From the IMG/VR virus record IMGVR_UViG_3300009684_000146, positions 1 to 27,127 of that record: a stretch of DNA of 27,127 nt, one strand, 5' to 3'. The position numbers and the translations under genes are program-made. This document shows, piece by piece, positions 1 to 9,431 of this stretch. The notes below the pieces were generated by a model, which was not told the DNA's origin, searched no databases, and saw only the letters and a list, made by a program, of their open reading frames with translations. The DNA is from a virus (lineage: Duplodnaviria; Caudoviricetes). Within the stretch, counting starts at the first letter, position 1. Each line of letters opens with the position of its first letter.

Positions 1-3000
1 AGCGGCATCGGATACGTTTTGTTGTCTGTCAACCATGTCTTGAGCATACTGAGCTGCTGCTTTGTCTACCTTGTGTGTTGCCCAGTCTATATTGGATACG
101 TCAACTCCTTTTTTCTTTAATTGTTTTTTGTAATAAGAAATAAATGAAGCTCTTGCGATGAATACGTCAGGTTTTTTTAAGAAAAAATCAAGATATACTT
201 CACTTGCCTTTTTAATAAAATCTAAAGATTTTTGTCCTTTATGTTTTGATGCTTGTTCTAAGTATTTATTAGCTGTGTTTATGGTTAATAATGACTCCAT
301 GCCCCTATTTGCAATAGGCATACCTAGTTCATTTATCCAATTATTTACATCTTTATTAAAAGCTAACTTAACATCTAACATTTCACCTGTATTAATTAAT
401 GTATTGAAAGCAACTGGAGCAATTTGTTTCACAGGTTGAGTAACCCCACCAAGAGTTAATGCTGCTCCAATAGACCCAATAGCGTCTAATGTTTTATTGA
501 TTTCTTGTATTGATGTTTTTGAAACATAGTTCTTGCCTCTAATTTCTCCAATGTATCCATTAATTCTGCGTTTAATCAATTTAACATCGTCAGACTTTCC
601 TAATTTATTAAATTCTTTTGAATTCATAAATCCATCAATTCTTCTTATTGGAGCTGCTGTTTCAAGATCTACCATTGCTGCTTCATATGCTCTGGCATTA
701 TTAGTGTCAAAATCAAAACTAACAACTCTATTGCTGTTTAATTTAGCTGGCTTAACTGCCTCCATAAGGACTCCTGTCTTTTTCTTTACAGTGTAATCCT
801 TCGTGGTCATCATGAACGCTGACTTTCTTAAATTGTCAACATCTTCTTGTGCCTCATCTGTTTTGTCATAAACATCAGGGGTATAGTTTTGATCTTTTCC
901 AAGGTCAGCATTATATATGTTAAGGGATAAATCCTTAAGGCGATCATAATCATTACTCCAATTATTAATCCACCAATCAACAGCGTCTCTATTATCTTTA
1001 CTGGCAGCATCAATAACGTCTTGAACTGTTTTTGCATCCTTGCCAATTCTGTCATATGTTTCTTGTATTATTTTAGCTTTGGCAACTTCTTTTTCATTGC
1101 CATTCATCATTTTCTCTATGCTTTGCTCAATAAGGCCTTTTCTTCTTTCTAATTCTTCTTTAGTTTCGTTTGTTCTAATCAAGAAAGAAAGAACGCCTCT
1201 TTCAATATTATTCTCAACGGTAAAGAAATCTTTTACACCTTTGAACTGTTCAACGTATTGAATTAGTTTTTGATTTGCAATTTTCCTTGCTTTTGCATTA
1301 CCATTTACAATATCATTAAAACCACTCAACGATCTAAAAATAGCAGATCTATCTTGGCCATTTAATGCTTGTTCTAATAAAATATTTAAGTTTGTTATAT
1401 TCTCTCCAATCGCTCTACCTATTTTGCTTGAGAAAAATAATTTCAAGTCTCTAAATTTAGCTCCTGTCTTTTTAAATTTCTTAAAGTTTTCTGATCCGGC
1501 ATAAGACTGAACAAGTCCACCCATTCCGTCTGTTATGCCATTTGTGATAAAATTAGACAAATACTCTAATGCTAATTTAGCATCTTGTATAGACATATTT
1601 TCTATGTCCATATTTAAGAATTGTTTAAGAACTAATTTTTGATCATCACTTAAATCAACCGGCAATCCAGTAACAGGGTCAACTCCTTCTGATAATATTT
1701 CTTTTCCTATAGCAGACAAAGAGTTAAACATCTTAACAAGATACTGTCTTACGTCTTCACCTTTGTCAATTGCTTCTTGGGTAGCATTGTCTTCAATGCC
1801 ATCGATGACCTCGATGATATCTTCATAGCTCATAGAGTCATCTAATATGCCAGCATCAACTAGATACTGATATTCAAGAAGAAGATCATTCTTTATTTTA
1901 TCTGCTTGTTCTTTTGCTGCGGCTTCTATATATTTATTGACATCTTTAATAACAGCTGGTTGCGTGCGCATAACAGCTTGTAATACTTGATTAGAAATAG
2001 ATAAGTATTGATCAATGTCAGACAATTTCTTAGGATTTAATGTCAAGAAATTCTTAGCCATTGTGCTAATAGTTGCCTGAACATTGTTTCCTTTATAAAG
2101 TCTTTTTATCTTATTTTTATTTTCATTTGCTATTCTAATCTTGTCAGCATATTCAGCATCATTAAAGACTTTTGTCATATAATCAACAAACCTATTAACA
2201 ACAACAGGGTTTTGAAGATTAATCTTGCCAAGCCTATTTGTAATAGTTTTTGCTTGTCTTGCTGAAATCTTACCTCCTTTTTCAAGGGCAGCTATCTCAG
2301 ATGATAAATTTTTTCTTAATTCATTGATATATTTAACAGCATCTTTAGCAGCTTTTACTTCAAGTTTTATTTGTTCTTTTAATGCAGTTGCTTCATTTAC
2401 TGTTACTTTGACAATATTCTTAATCTTACCAAGAATTTTGTTTACAGATGGCGCTTTCTTGAGTTTCTCTCCAAGTTCTGTGCGTAGCTCACGCTCCATT
2501 TCATTTCTTTGAACATCGTCAGCTCTCTCGTATGCAAATGTTTTCTTTAATGTACTGATAGCATTTTCTCTTGCTTCTGCAAATGTTTTTTGACCACGCT
2601 TTCTTGTCTTCTCAAAAGTGTCAAGAGACTTTTGTTTAGCCTCAACACCACCTTCAACCTGATCAAACGCTGATTTCTTTTTGGCTTCTTCTTCAATCGT
2701 AGGTTCGCCTCTTACTCCTTCAGCTTTTTGTTCTGGCAATCTTGTGCCTTCTTCTTGTATTGATGGCGCTTTAGCTTCCTGTACCCTAGGCTTCTCAGCT
2801 AACAAAGGAGTGATTAATTCATCATACTTGTTATAAATATCACTATACTTTGCTTGCTCCTTAGGAGTCATAAGATTCTTGTCTATCTCACCATTTACTC
2901 TAAATGTTTCTATGTTAGGGATAGCTTCTTCGTACTCTACTTGTTCTTTAGCTCTTAAGTCTTTTACTTCTTGGCTGACTTCTTCGCCTTGCTCGGCAAC

Positions 3001-5844
3001 GACTTGAGGTTTTGCTTCGGGTTTTCCTTGCTCCACTTCTTGGCTAACTCCGGTTTCTGGCTGTACAGGTACTTGACCTGAGCCTTGCTCTTGAATGGCA
3101 TAATCTTTTGCTTCTTTTCCTGTTAATGTATAAGAATAGCCGTCATTAACGGTTTCTTTTGTTGTTTTTCCATATGGAATACCAAGTATAGACTTTCTTG
3201 TTTCTACTTGCATCCCTTCGCTTTTCTTTGCTCTATCTCTAAATTGCTCTGGTATTTCTTCTAAAGTTGGCGCACCACGAACTATTATTTCATCATCTTT
3301 CAATGACGCTATTTCATTTGGGATAACTTCAACTTCTATAGGTTTTTCGTTTTCATTTGATTCTCCTTTTTTTAGTAATGATAATCTTTCTGTAACTGCG
3401 TTATTATACTCTTCATTTAAAGTTTCTATTGCAGATTTTTTTTGTTCCTCAGACAAATTTGCATCGTTTTTAATATTTAAGTATTGTTTCTTTACATCTT
3501 TTATTTTGTCGTAAAGCTCAACACTTCTTCTTATCTCAGACGGAGTTAATCCATCCATAATTTTTATACCTCCATTTATAAGAGATACATTCTCTTTGCT
3601 AAGTCTATCTATGGATGCTTGAATAGTAGGTTTGTTTACATCTTCAGCGTCAGCAAGAGCTGTTTCTAATTGCTTTAACTTTTCCGAGTTTGATTTTATT
3701 TTCTTTTCTGGATCATTAACAAACGGAGCAATAGCTTGCGCTGCTAATGCCGGAGCAACAGTAATAAGACCGCCAATAGTAGCTCCACCTACAAATGCAT
3801 CCTCAACTCCATCAAATATACCAACATTCTTTTTACCTAAAACATATTTATCAGCAAGGTTGCCGCCTATTTGAGAAAAGGCTTCAGCAGAACCCTCTTT
3901 AAATTGATTTGACCCAACTTCTTTACCAAGTGATATTGCGCCTTTGATTCCTTTTTTAAATTCATCACGCATCATATTTAACTCAAGATCAGTAGCTCCC
4001 CTTTTTGCAGCCTCAGATAATCTCCATGATGGTAAAGCTTTCTTCCATACTTTAATCTCTGCTTTTTCTGTAATAACTTCTAATCCACCTATCAAAAGAG
4101 ACGTTAATAGCTTTTGACCAGTGCTATATAATTCTTTACCTGCTTGTTGTTCTTCTTTTTCTAACTCTTTATATTTTTGACCAGTAGCAGATAATCCTAT
4201 AATATATGGAGCCATTCCTCCTGTATTTGCAGCTAACGCAAAATTTGCAGCTTGGTCAGCAATCAATGATCCAGAGTATCTAAAAAAATCATATGGGTTT
4301 TCTACATCTTTATAAGACATAGGTTTTGATAATGTACTTCTTAATTTCTCAGCAGATTCAATGCCTTTGCCTTCAAATCCACTTATCTTATTTCCTCCTG
4401 TAATAGCGCTTAAAACTAATCCAGTTATTTTAGATCCTCCTCCAAGAATACTTAAAGCACCAGCTTCAGCTTTTCCAACTGCATTTGAAAGTATTCCGTA
4501 ATTTCTTTTTAATAAATCGGCCTCTTGTTTAAAGTCTTGTATATTGTCATTACTATTATTCCATGCATCAAATTTATTATACAAATCCTTTGACAATAAG
4601 TTTAACTCCTGTTGCTTTGCGATAAAAGATCTCTTGTCTTCATCTGGCATAGCATTGAATTCTTCTTGAGAAATATCCGCAATCTCGCTTTTAAGAATAT
4701 CGAATTTCTCCATGTTTTTATCAAATCTTGCTTTTTCAAGTACAACTTTATTTTTCATTGACTCGATATCTTTAAGCATATTTGATTGATTGCCAGAAAC
4801 TAATGGATCTGTTATGATTTCTTTACCTGGATCTACTAAATTTATTAATGTATTTGCAAGATCTGTAGTAAACGGAGTGTCACTTGTTAGTATATTATCA
4901 ATTTCTTTGTCTATACTACCTTGTAATTTCTTTTCAGATAATATATCTTTTGCTCTTGAAATAATTTCATCGTTCGTGGCCTGTTGTTTATTCTTTTGAA
5001 ACTCTAATATTGATTGAGTGATTGCATCGTCAATAGGCCTTGAACTTGTTGACGGCAAATGAAACTTTAATCTATTATTGATTGCAGAAATTAATCTATC
5101 TGGGTCTTCTATTTTAGAAAAAGCATCTTCAGCATATTGGTTTGATTCCTCTTTAAATCCAGCAGTTTCTTTTGCCAGACCAGATTCAAGCATTGTTAGT
5201 TTAAATGAGGTATTTAACTCTTCTGGAGTAGGCTCACCTAAAACAGCAAGTTTTTTATTTAACTCAGTTACCTTTTGCTCTTCTTGAGCTCTTTGCTTTG
5301 TTGGTATTGGTGCTTTTTCTTTAATACCCAATGCAACCTCAGCAATTGGTTTAGCCGCAGGCTGAACAGGAGCTGCTTTAATAAACTTATTTGCAGTCTG
5401 TAGGTCTTCGTTAAGTAATGGATCAGAGGCTATATTGGGGTTGCTGGCACGTAACTGCTCAAGTTGTGATTGAGCATTCTTTATCGCTACTGCGTCATTC
5501 TTTTGCGCAGCCTCTTGTAGAGAACGTGTTAAGGCTTGGTGTGCTTGCCAGTCCCTAGACTCAATACCTTTATTATACGCTGATGGATTCCTTGGAGATG
5601 CCGACAAACCAATTGGTTGACCCGAAGATGAAACAGATACCCCAACGTCTTTTTTTTTTACGTCAGAGAAATACTTACTTTTAAAAGTATTTATGTCGTT
5701 TGTATATAATTCTTGCTCACTGAGTTTTTTATACAATTCATTTTGACCTTCTTCAGATCCATATTTAGCAACAAAATCATTGTAGCTATTTGTATATAAT
5801 TGTTCGCTATATAGCTTGTCGTATAATTCTTTTGATCCTGGCAT
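1..5844 (-). CDS. Giant (>1948 aa) internal virion / DNA-ejection protein, 3' end truncated by the window edge
   Basis: ATG at 5844, just after the TAA (5846-5848) of the 507-aa gene. Manual translation gives MPGSKELYDKLYSEQLYTN... and, at the edge, ...AAAQYAQDMVDRQQNVSDAA in the same frame. No stop was found, which also explains its absence from the ORF track. It is mostly helical and charged, with a Gly/Ala-rich hydrophobic region at about 3720-4500. It is the third and largest gene after the tail genes, as in podovirus ejection-protein cassettes. Confidence 0.85.
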   Translation of the reverse strand, partial: MPGSKELYDKLYSEQLYTNSYNDFVAKYGSEEGQNELYKKLSEQELYTNDINTFKSKYFSDVKKKDVGVSVSSSGQPIGLSASPRNPSAYNKGIESRDWQAHQALTRSLQEAAQKNDAVAIKNAQSQLEQLRASNPNIASDPLLNEDLQTANKFIKAAPVQPAAKPIAEVALGIKEKAPIPTKQRAQEEQKVTELNKKLAVLGEPTPEELNTSFKLTMLESGLAKETAGFKEESNQYAEDAFSKIEDPDRLISAINNRLKFHLPSTSSRPIDDAITQSILEFQKNKQQATNDEIISRAKDILSEKKLQGSIDKEIDNILTSDTPFTTDLANTLINLVDPGKEIITDPLVSGNQSNMLKDIESMKNKVVLEKARFDKNMEKFDILKSEIADISQEEFNAMPDEDKRSFIAKQQELNLLSKDLYNKFDAWNNSNDNIQDFKQEADLLKRNYGILSNAVGKAEAGALSILGGGSKITGLVLSAITGGNKISGFEGKGIESAEKLRSTLSKPMSYKDVENPYDFFRYSGSLIADQAANFALAANTGGMAPYIIGLSATGQKYKELEKEEQQAGKELYSTGQKLLTSLLIGGLEVITEKAEIKVWKKALPSWRLSEAAKRGATDLELNMMRDEFKKGIKGAISLGKEVGSNQFKEGSAEAFSQIGGNLADKYVLGKKNVGIFDGVEDAFVGGATIGGLITVAPALAAQAIAPFVNDPEKKIKSNSEKLKQLETALADAEDVNKPTIQASIDRLSKENVSLINGGIKIMDGLTPSEIRRSVELYDKIKDVKKQYLNIKNDANLSEEQKKSAIETLNEEYNNAVTERLSLLKKGESNENEKPIEVEVIPNEIASLKDDEIIVRGAPTLEEIPEQFRDRAKKSEGMQVETRKSILGIPYGKTTKETVNDGYSYTLTGKEAKDYAIQEQGSGQVPVQPETGVSQEVEQGKPEAKPQVVAEQGEEVSQEVKDLRAKEQVEYEEAIPNIETFRVNGEIDKNLMTPKEQAKYSDIYNKYDELITPLLAEKPRVQEAKAPSIQEEGTRLPEQKAEGVRGEPTIEEEAKKKSAFDQVEGGVEAKQKSLDTFEKTRKRGQKTFAEARENAISTLKKTFAYERADDVQRNEMERELRTELGEKLKKAPSVNKILGKIKNIVKVTVNEATALKEQIKLEVKAAKDAVKYINELRKNLSSEIAALEKGGKISARQAKTITNRLGKINLQNPVVVNRFVDYMTKVFNDAEYADKIRIANENKNKIKRLYKGNNVQATISTMAKNFLTLNPKKLSDIDQYLSISNQVLQAVMRTQPAVIKDVNKYIEAAAKEQADKIKNDLLLEYQYLVDAGILDDSMSYEDIIEVIDGIEDNATQEAIDKGEDVRQYLVKMFNSLSAIGKEILSEGVDPVTGLPVDLSDDQKLVLKQFLNMDIENMSIQDAKLALEYLSNFITNGITDGMGGLVQSYAGSENFKKFKKTGAKFRDLKLFFSSKIGRAIGENITNLNILLEQALNGQDRSAIFRSLSGFNDIVNGNAKARKIANQKLIQYVEQFKGVKDFFTVENNIERGVLSFLIRTNETKEELERRKGLIEQSIEKMMNGNEKEVAKAKIIQETYDRIGKDAKTVQDVIDAASKDNRDAVDWWINNWSNDYDRLKDLSLNIYNADLGKDQNYTPDVYDKTDEAQEDVDNLRKSAFMMTTKDYTVKKKTGVLMEAVKPAKLNSNRVVSFDFDTNNARAYEAAMVDLETAAPIRRIDGFMNSKEFNKLGKSDDVKLIKRRINGYIGEIRGKNYVSKTSIQEINKTLDAIGSIGAALTLGGVTQPVKQIAPVAFNTLINTGEMLDVKLAFNKDVNNWINELGMPIANRGMESLLTINTANKYLEQASKHKGQKSLDFIKKASEVYLDFFLKKPDVFIARASFISYYKKQLKKKGVDVSNIDWATHKVDKAAAQYAQDMVDRQQNVSDAA
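2964..3101 (-). CDS. Nested 45-aa basic protein (MPFKSKAQ-type small phage protein) in the +1 frame of the giant gene
   Basis: ATG at 3101 to TAA at 2964 encodes MPFKSKAQVKYLYSQKPELAKKWSKENPKQNLKSLPSKAKKSAKK. The leader is A-rich with A at -3 and -6. It resembles small stand-alone phage ORFs of pattern MPFKSxAQxxxxYxxxPxxAKxW (recognised from memory, not searched). Confidence 0.55.
   Translation of the reverse strand: MPFKSKAQVKYLYSQKPELAKKWSKENPKQNLKSLPSKAKKSAKK
5650..5659 (-). other. A10 homopolymer, candidate frameshift or transcriptional slippage site
   Basis: The minus strand reads GTA AAA AAA AAA GAC, which contains an in-frame A_AAA_AAA heptamer. Confidence 0.4.
5671..5829 (-). repeat. 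Tandem protein-level repeat (2 copies) at the N-terminus of the giant protein
   Basis: ELYDKLYSEQLYTNSYNDFVAKY and ELYKKLSEQELYTNDINTFKSKY. Confidence 0.75.
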
Positions 5845-5845
5845 T

Positions 5846-7369
5846 TTAATTTAATATTCCTTTTTTACTTGAAGACACTGGTATTGGTTGTGATGATTCT
5901 GAATATTTTTCAATATCTGGGAATGCAAATTTAGTTCCCCATTTTTGATTTATCAAAGCATTCATAACATTTTTATATTCACGCGGATCATTTGATAATT
6001 CTATATTGTATTCTTGATCACCAATAAGCTCTTTAGTGTTTGGATCGTATTTAGGTTTTGCTACTCTTATATATTTTTTTCCTTTATTACTAGGCTTGTT
6101 TCCAACCATTAAACCAATAACCCTTCCCTCATATTTAGGCATAGCAAAACTAATGTCTGCATTTTTTACAAGTCCAGCATATTTAGAGCTAGCCTTATTT
6201 GTATATATGTCGTTTAGTTGTTTAATTCTTTGAGATATATCATATACTTCCTTTTCCTCTTTTGCAATATCTTTTCGCTCAGTATAAGTAAGTTGTTGAG
6301 TTTCTTTTTCAGGCTTCTCTACTTTGTAGTCAATCTGAGATTCAATAACATCGTCTACAATTGACTTAGCCTTCTTCATTTGCTCTTCACTTAACTTCGG
6401 TGTAAAGATACCATTTTCATCTCTTACAAGCAAAATTGTTTTGTCACGCTGAGAAGATAAAGAGTTTATTTCTTTTTGTATTGCCTTCTTATCTGCGTCA
6501 GATTTCACAGATTGTCTTTGTGCAGCAAGCTTGTCAATCTGGCTATTAATCGCCTGAATTTCTTTAGCATTATTTGTGAAAGAATATTTTTCGTCAGTAT
6601 TGTCAGCCAATACACTTGCAGCTTTTCTTGGGTTGTTTGTGATGGCATCAATAATCTCTGGTTTAGTTTTGCTATTGAACTTACCCCTAATTGACTGAGA
6701 AATAACATATCTACCGTTAACCATTCTTGCCTCTGATCCTAAGTTCTTCACATAGTTATTTACCTCGTTGGAAATATTAAGCTTATCTACGTTCTGATTC
6801 AATCCGGCATTTATAGTTTGAACATCATATAAATCAGCGTCACCTACAACCTTTCCAGTTTCTGGGTCAACCTTAGCAATATACATTCTGCCATCCTTAG
6901 GGTTGATAAATGTAGTCTTGCCTTTTAAGTTAAGCAAGTCAGCTGTCATTTGTCTTTGATATAGTTCTTGACCGGCAGCTTTACCTTCCTCAATTCTTTT
7001 TAATCCTTCCTCATAGTTTGCATCGTACTGCTTAGTCAAGTCAGCAAGCCTTGACCAGCCATCTCTCGTGGTTGATACAATTCTTGAGTACTCGCTTGGA
7101 GTAATCATTCCTCTTTTAAGCAATTGGTTTTGCTCATACAAAGAATTCCTTACATTGTTTGCGCCATCCATTACAAACTGGTTGAACGTAGGAGACTTAG
7201 ATCCTTGATACTTATCTACAATAGATACTACGTCAGAGTATTGTTTGTCTAGCTCAACTCTTTTCGCTTCTCTATCTTCTTCTACTTTGCCAAGTTTCTC
7301 TAATATGTTCTGCGTTATATTACCCCAATCAATTGGGTTCGTGGCTTGATACTGTGAATATTCTGCCAT
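5846..7369 (-). CDS. Putative internal virion / ejection protein (507 aa)
   Basis: Long ORF with a helical, charged N-terminus. It lies between the small Gln/Ala-rich protein and the giant protein, the usual order in podovirus ejection cassettes. Confidence 0.6.
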   Translation of the reverse strand: MAEYSQYQATNPIDWGNITQNILEKLGKVEEDREAKRVELDKQYSDVVSIVDKYQGSKSPTFNQFVMDGANNVRNSLYEQNQLLKRGMITPSEYSRIVSTTRDGWSRLADLTKQYDANYEEGLKRIEEGKAAGQELYQRQMTADLLNLKGKTTFINPKDGRMYIAKVDPETGKVVGDADLYDVQTINAGLNQNVDKLNISNEVNNYVKNLGSEARMVNGRYVISQSIRGKFNSKTKPEIIDAITNNPRKAASVLADNTDEKYSFTNNAKEIQAINSQIDKLAAQRQSVKSDADKKAIQKEINSLSSQRDKTILLVRDENGIFTPKLSEEQMKKAKSIVDDVIESQIDYKVEKPEKETQQLTYTERKDIAKEEKEVYDISQRIKQLNDIYTNKASSKYAGLVKNADISFAMPKYEGRVIGLMVGNKPSNKGKKYIRVAKPKYDPNTKELIGDQEYNIELSNDPREYKNVMNALINQKWGTKFAFPDIEKYSESSQPIPVSSSKKGILN

Positions 7370-7371
7370 AA

Positions 7372-8202
7372 TTATTTTACGAATGGATTATATGCGCCAA
7401 ACAAATCATTATCATATGTGCTTTGAAATGGGCTAACTGATTGACCAATATTTGGGTTTCTTTGAAATGTAGCCAAAGGATTGTATTGTGAATTCTCCCA
7501 ATATTTTGCTTGAAGTCTTGGAGCAGGAGCAGACAATCCAGCTTCTGTAGCCGTAACTAAACCACTCTCCGGACCTGTTAAAATACCTGGATTTACTGAT
7601 TGTTGTTTTTCTGTTGCAATGGTATTTATTGTTTTTGCAGGAGTTTTATCTTTCTCATACAATGGTCTATTCTTCTCATATTGAACAGCCAATTCTCCAA
7701 TAGTTCCGGCAGCACCAGTAAGACCAGCGTTAATATTTGCCTGACCTTGTGCTCTTGCCATTTGAGCTCCTTGTAATTGAGATGTTAAGAAGTCATTTTG
7801 TTGTGCAATCTTACGAGCTTGCATCGCTTGCTCTTGTTGTGCAACAAATGTATCTCTCTCATATTTAGCCTGATCAAGTTGAGCGGCCAACTGTAAGTCT
7901 TGCGCAGTACCTTGCTGGCCAACACCTGGCAAGCCACCTAATACAGCAGCAGCGCCAGCACCTTGTAATGCCTGCACCTGATTCGCTGTTCTTTGAGCAC
8001 CCGATTGTTGCGCTAACTGATAACCAAGTTGTGGCACTTGTACGCCAGCAACTCTGTTTTGTTCAGCCAACATTTTTTGTTGTGCTCCAATGTCAGCAGC
8101 TGACTTAGCAGCAGCCTTCTCTTGTTGTACTCCTTCGTATGTTTGATATGCGTTAAGAGCCAATCCAGCTCCTGCAACCAATGTAGATGTTAATGCAGCC
8201 AT
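7372..8202 (-). CDS. Putative internal virion / ejection protein (276 aa, Ala/Gln/Gly-rich)
   Basis: Hydrophobic N-terminus MAALTSTLVAGAGLALNAY, Gln/Ala coiled segments and Gly/Ala stretches, typical of the first small ejection protein (T7 gp14 / P22 gp7 position). Confidence 0.65.
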   Translation of the reverse strand: MAALTSTLVAGAGLALNAYQTYEGVQQEKAAAKSAADIGAQQKMLAEQNRVAGVQVPQLGYQLAQQSGAQRTANQVQALQGAGAAAVLGGLPGVGQQGTAQDLQLAAQLDQAKYERDTFVAQQEQAMQARKIAQQNDFLTSQLQGAQMARAQGQANINAGLTGAAGTIGELAVQYEKNRPLYEKDKTPAKTINTIATEKQQSVNPGILTGPESGLVTATEAGLSAPAPRLQAKYWENSQYNPLATFQRNPNIGQSVSPFQSTYDNDLFGAYNPFVK

Positions 8203-8205
8203 GTT

Positions 8206-8616
8206 TTATTGTTTTATAAATACTAATTCTGTGCATCCTGTAGAACCCTCCAAGAAGCCAAATTCTTTCATGCTTTTTATCAATGAAGGGTTCTTCATTG
8301 ACGAGTAGATGTATGTTTTGTCAGATAAGACTGACATTGCTTTCACAACCTCAATCATATACGCTAACGCATTCTTCCTCAATACTTTATCTTTTACTTC
8401 AAAGTTACTAACGATAAACTCTAACCAGCAAATCTTTGAGTTTGTCATGTACAAAAAGCAGGCACAGATATCTACGCCATCTTTTGAAACCATAACTCCT
8501 TCTAAATTAAAAGGTAAGAAATCTCTCGCAGGGGCATCCCATCTCCAATCTTTCCACCATTTCTTTAAAATGTTCTCGTAATCAGATTCTGAAATGACTC
8601 TTGTTTCAAACTTCAT
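8206..8616 (-). CDS. GNAT-fold acetyltransferase-like protein (136 aa)
   Basis: GNAT-like layout: ETRVISESDYENILKKWW helix, beta strands GVMVSKDGVDICACFLY and CWLEFIVSN, then NPSLIKSMKEFGF. It sits between the tail and ejection genes, as in many podoviruses. Confidence 0.55.
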   Translation of the reverse strand: MKFETRVISESDYENILKKWWKDWRWDAPARDFLPFNLEGVMVSKDGVDICACFLYMTNSKICWLEFIVSNFEVKDKVLRKNALAYMIEVVKAMSVLSDKTYIYSSMKNPSLIKSMKEFGFLEGSTGCTELVFIKQ

Positions 8617-8623
8617 ATTAATG

Positions 8624-8631
8624 CAAAGATA
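8624..8631 (-). promoter_or_regulatory. Bacteroidota -7 promoter element TATCTTTG
   Basis: Intergenic match to TAnnTTTG, followed by CATTAAT-ATG (7-nt spacer). Confidence 0.7.
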
Positions 8632-8636
8632 CTAAA

Positions 8637-9431
8637 TTAAGGGTAACTTTTAAATACTTCTGAAGATACTTGAAAAACTTCTATAGAATCAGTGTTTGTA
8701 CTATCTAATTGTACATCCATATAATAGCCTCTTAGTCCAAATGATTCTGATACTGAATTCTTTACGGACAAAATAAAGTCGCCTACAGTTGGCGCAACAA
8801 GAGTTCCTGTTGCGTCAGCAATAATTCGTATAACTGTCCTGTTTGTTACAGGGTTGTATGTCTTTGTAGATGCCATACCACACTTTGCTTTTGCGGCTAA
8901 TGATCCATTGATTCTATAAATGATGTCACCGCTAAATCTACCAGGGCTATTTAGATTGACATTGTCTCCAACCTTTCCGGCAAATGTAATGTCTACAAAG
9001 CCAGCGCCAGAAGAAACAAGCAAAACTTCAGATACTCCTTGAGCCGATAAGTACACTGTATTCGACTCATTGTCCTCTCTGCGGATATAAGCAAACCACA
9101 TCCCTTCCTTTTTTACAAAGTTATCATTGTTAATATTGCCGGATCCAAGATTAGATAAAACTTGAGCTCCCCAACTATCGCTTGCCTCAAGATGCAATGT
9201 CTTAAACATCTTCTGTTCGTCAGGCGCATCGTTGAATATTGTTCTTACAGAAGAGTTGTATTGCGTCCCATAAAAGTTATTATGTACTGAATTGGTATTG
9301 TGCTTCCATATTTCGCCATTAACGAACGTGTAGAAGTTGTTATTCATATTTGCCATCCAATCAGGAAAGTAAGAATGAAATGATGTCCATCCAGCCAAGA
9401 CGGGAGAGTATGTTAATGTATAGTTCGCCAT
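8637..9431 (-). CDS. C-terminal part of the tail stabilization (muzzle / P22 gp10-like) protein, encoded as a separate gene (264 aa)
   Basis: TLTYSP..GWTSFHSYFPDWM..MNNNFYTF..GEIWKHN...NNFYG, KMFKTLHLE, FVKKEGMWFAYIRR and GLRGYYMDVQL motifs are typical of the C-terminal region of crAss-like tail stabilization proteins. Confidence 0.7.
   Translation of the reverse strand: MANYTLTYSPVLAGWTSFHSYFPDWMANMNNNFYTFVNGEIWKHNTNSVHNNFYGTQYNSSVRTIFNDAPDEQKMFKTLHLEASDSWGAQVLSNLGSGNINNDNFVKKEGMWFAYIRREDNESNTVYLSAQGVSEVLLVSSGAGFVDITFAGKVGDNVNLNSPGRFSGDIIYRINGSLAAKAKCGMASTKTYNPVTNRTVIRIIADATGTLVAPTVGDFILSVKNSVSESFGLRGYYMDVQLDSTNTDSIEVFQVSSEVFKSYP

Noticed and set aside
700-725. SFDFDTNN in the giant protein as an RNA polymerase catalytic motif
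   Set aside because: It lacks the third Asp of DxDxD/DFDID and the surrounding double-psi beta-barrel context.
828-1055. 75-aa minus-strand ORF with a hydrophobic stretch (holin-like appearance)
   Set aside because: It is an out-of-frame overlap within the giant gene with no recognisable family motif. The hydrophobicity follows from the Asp/Asn/Trp-rich main frame.
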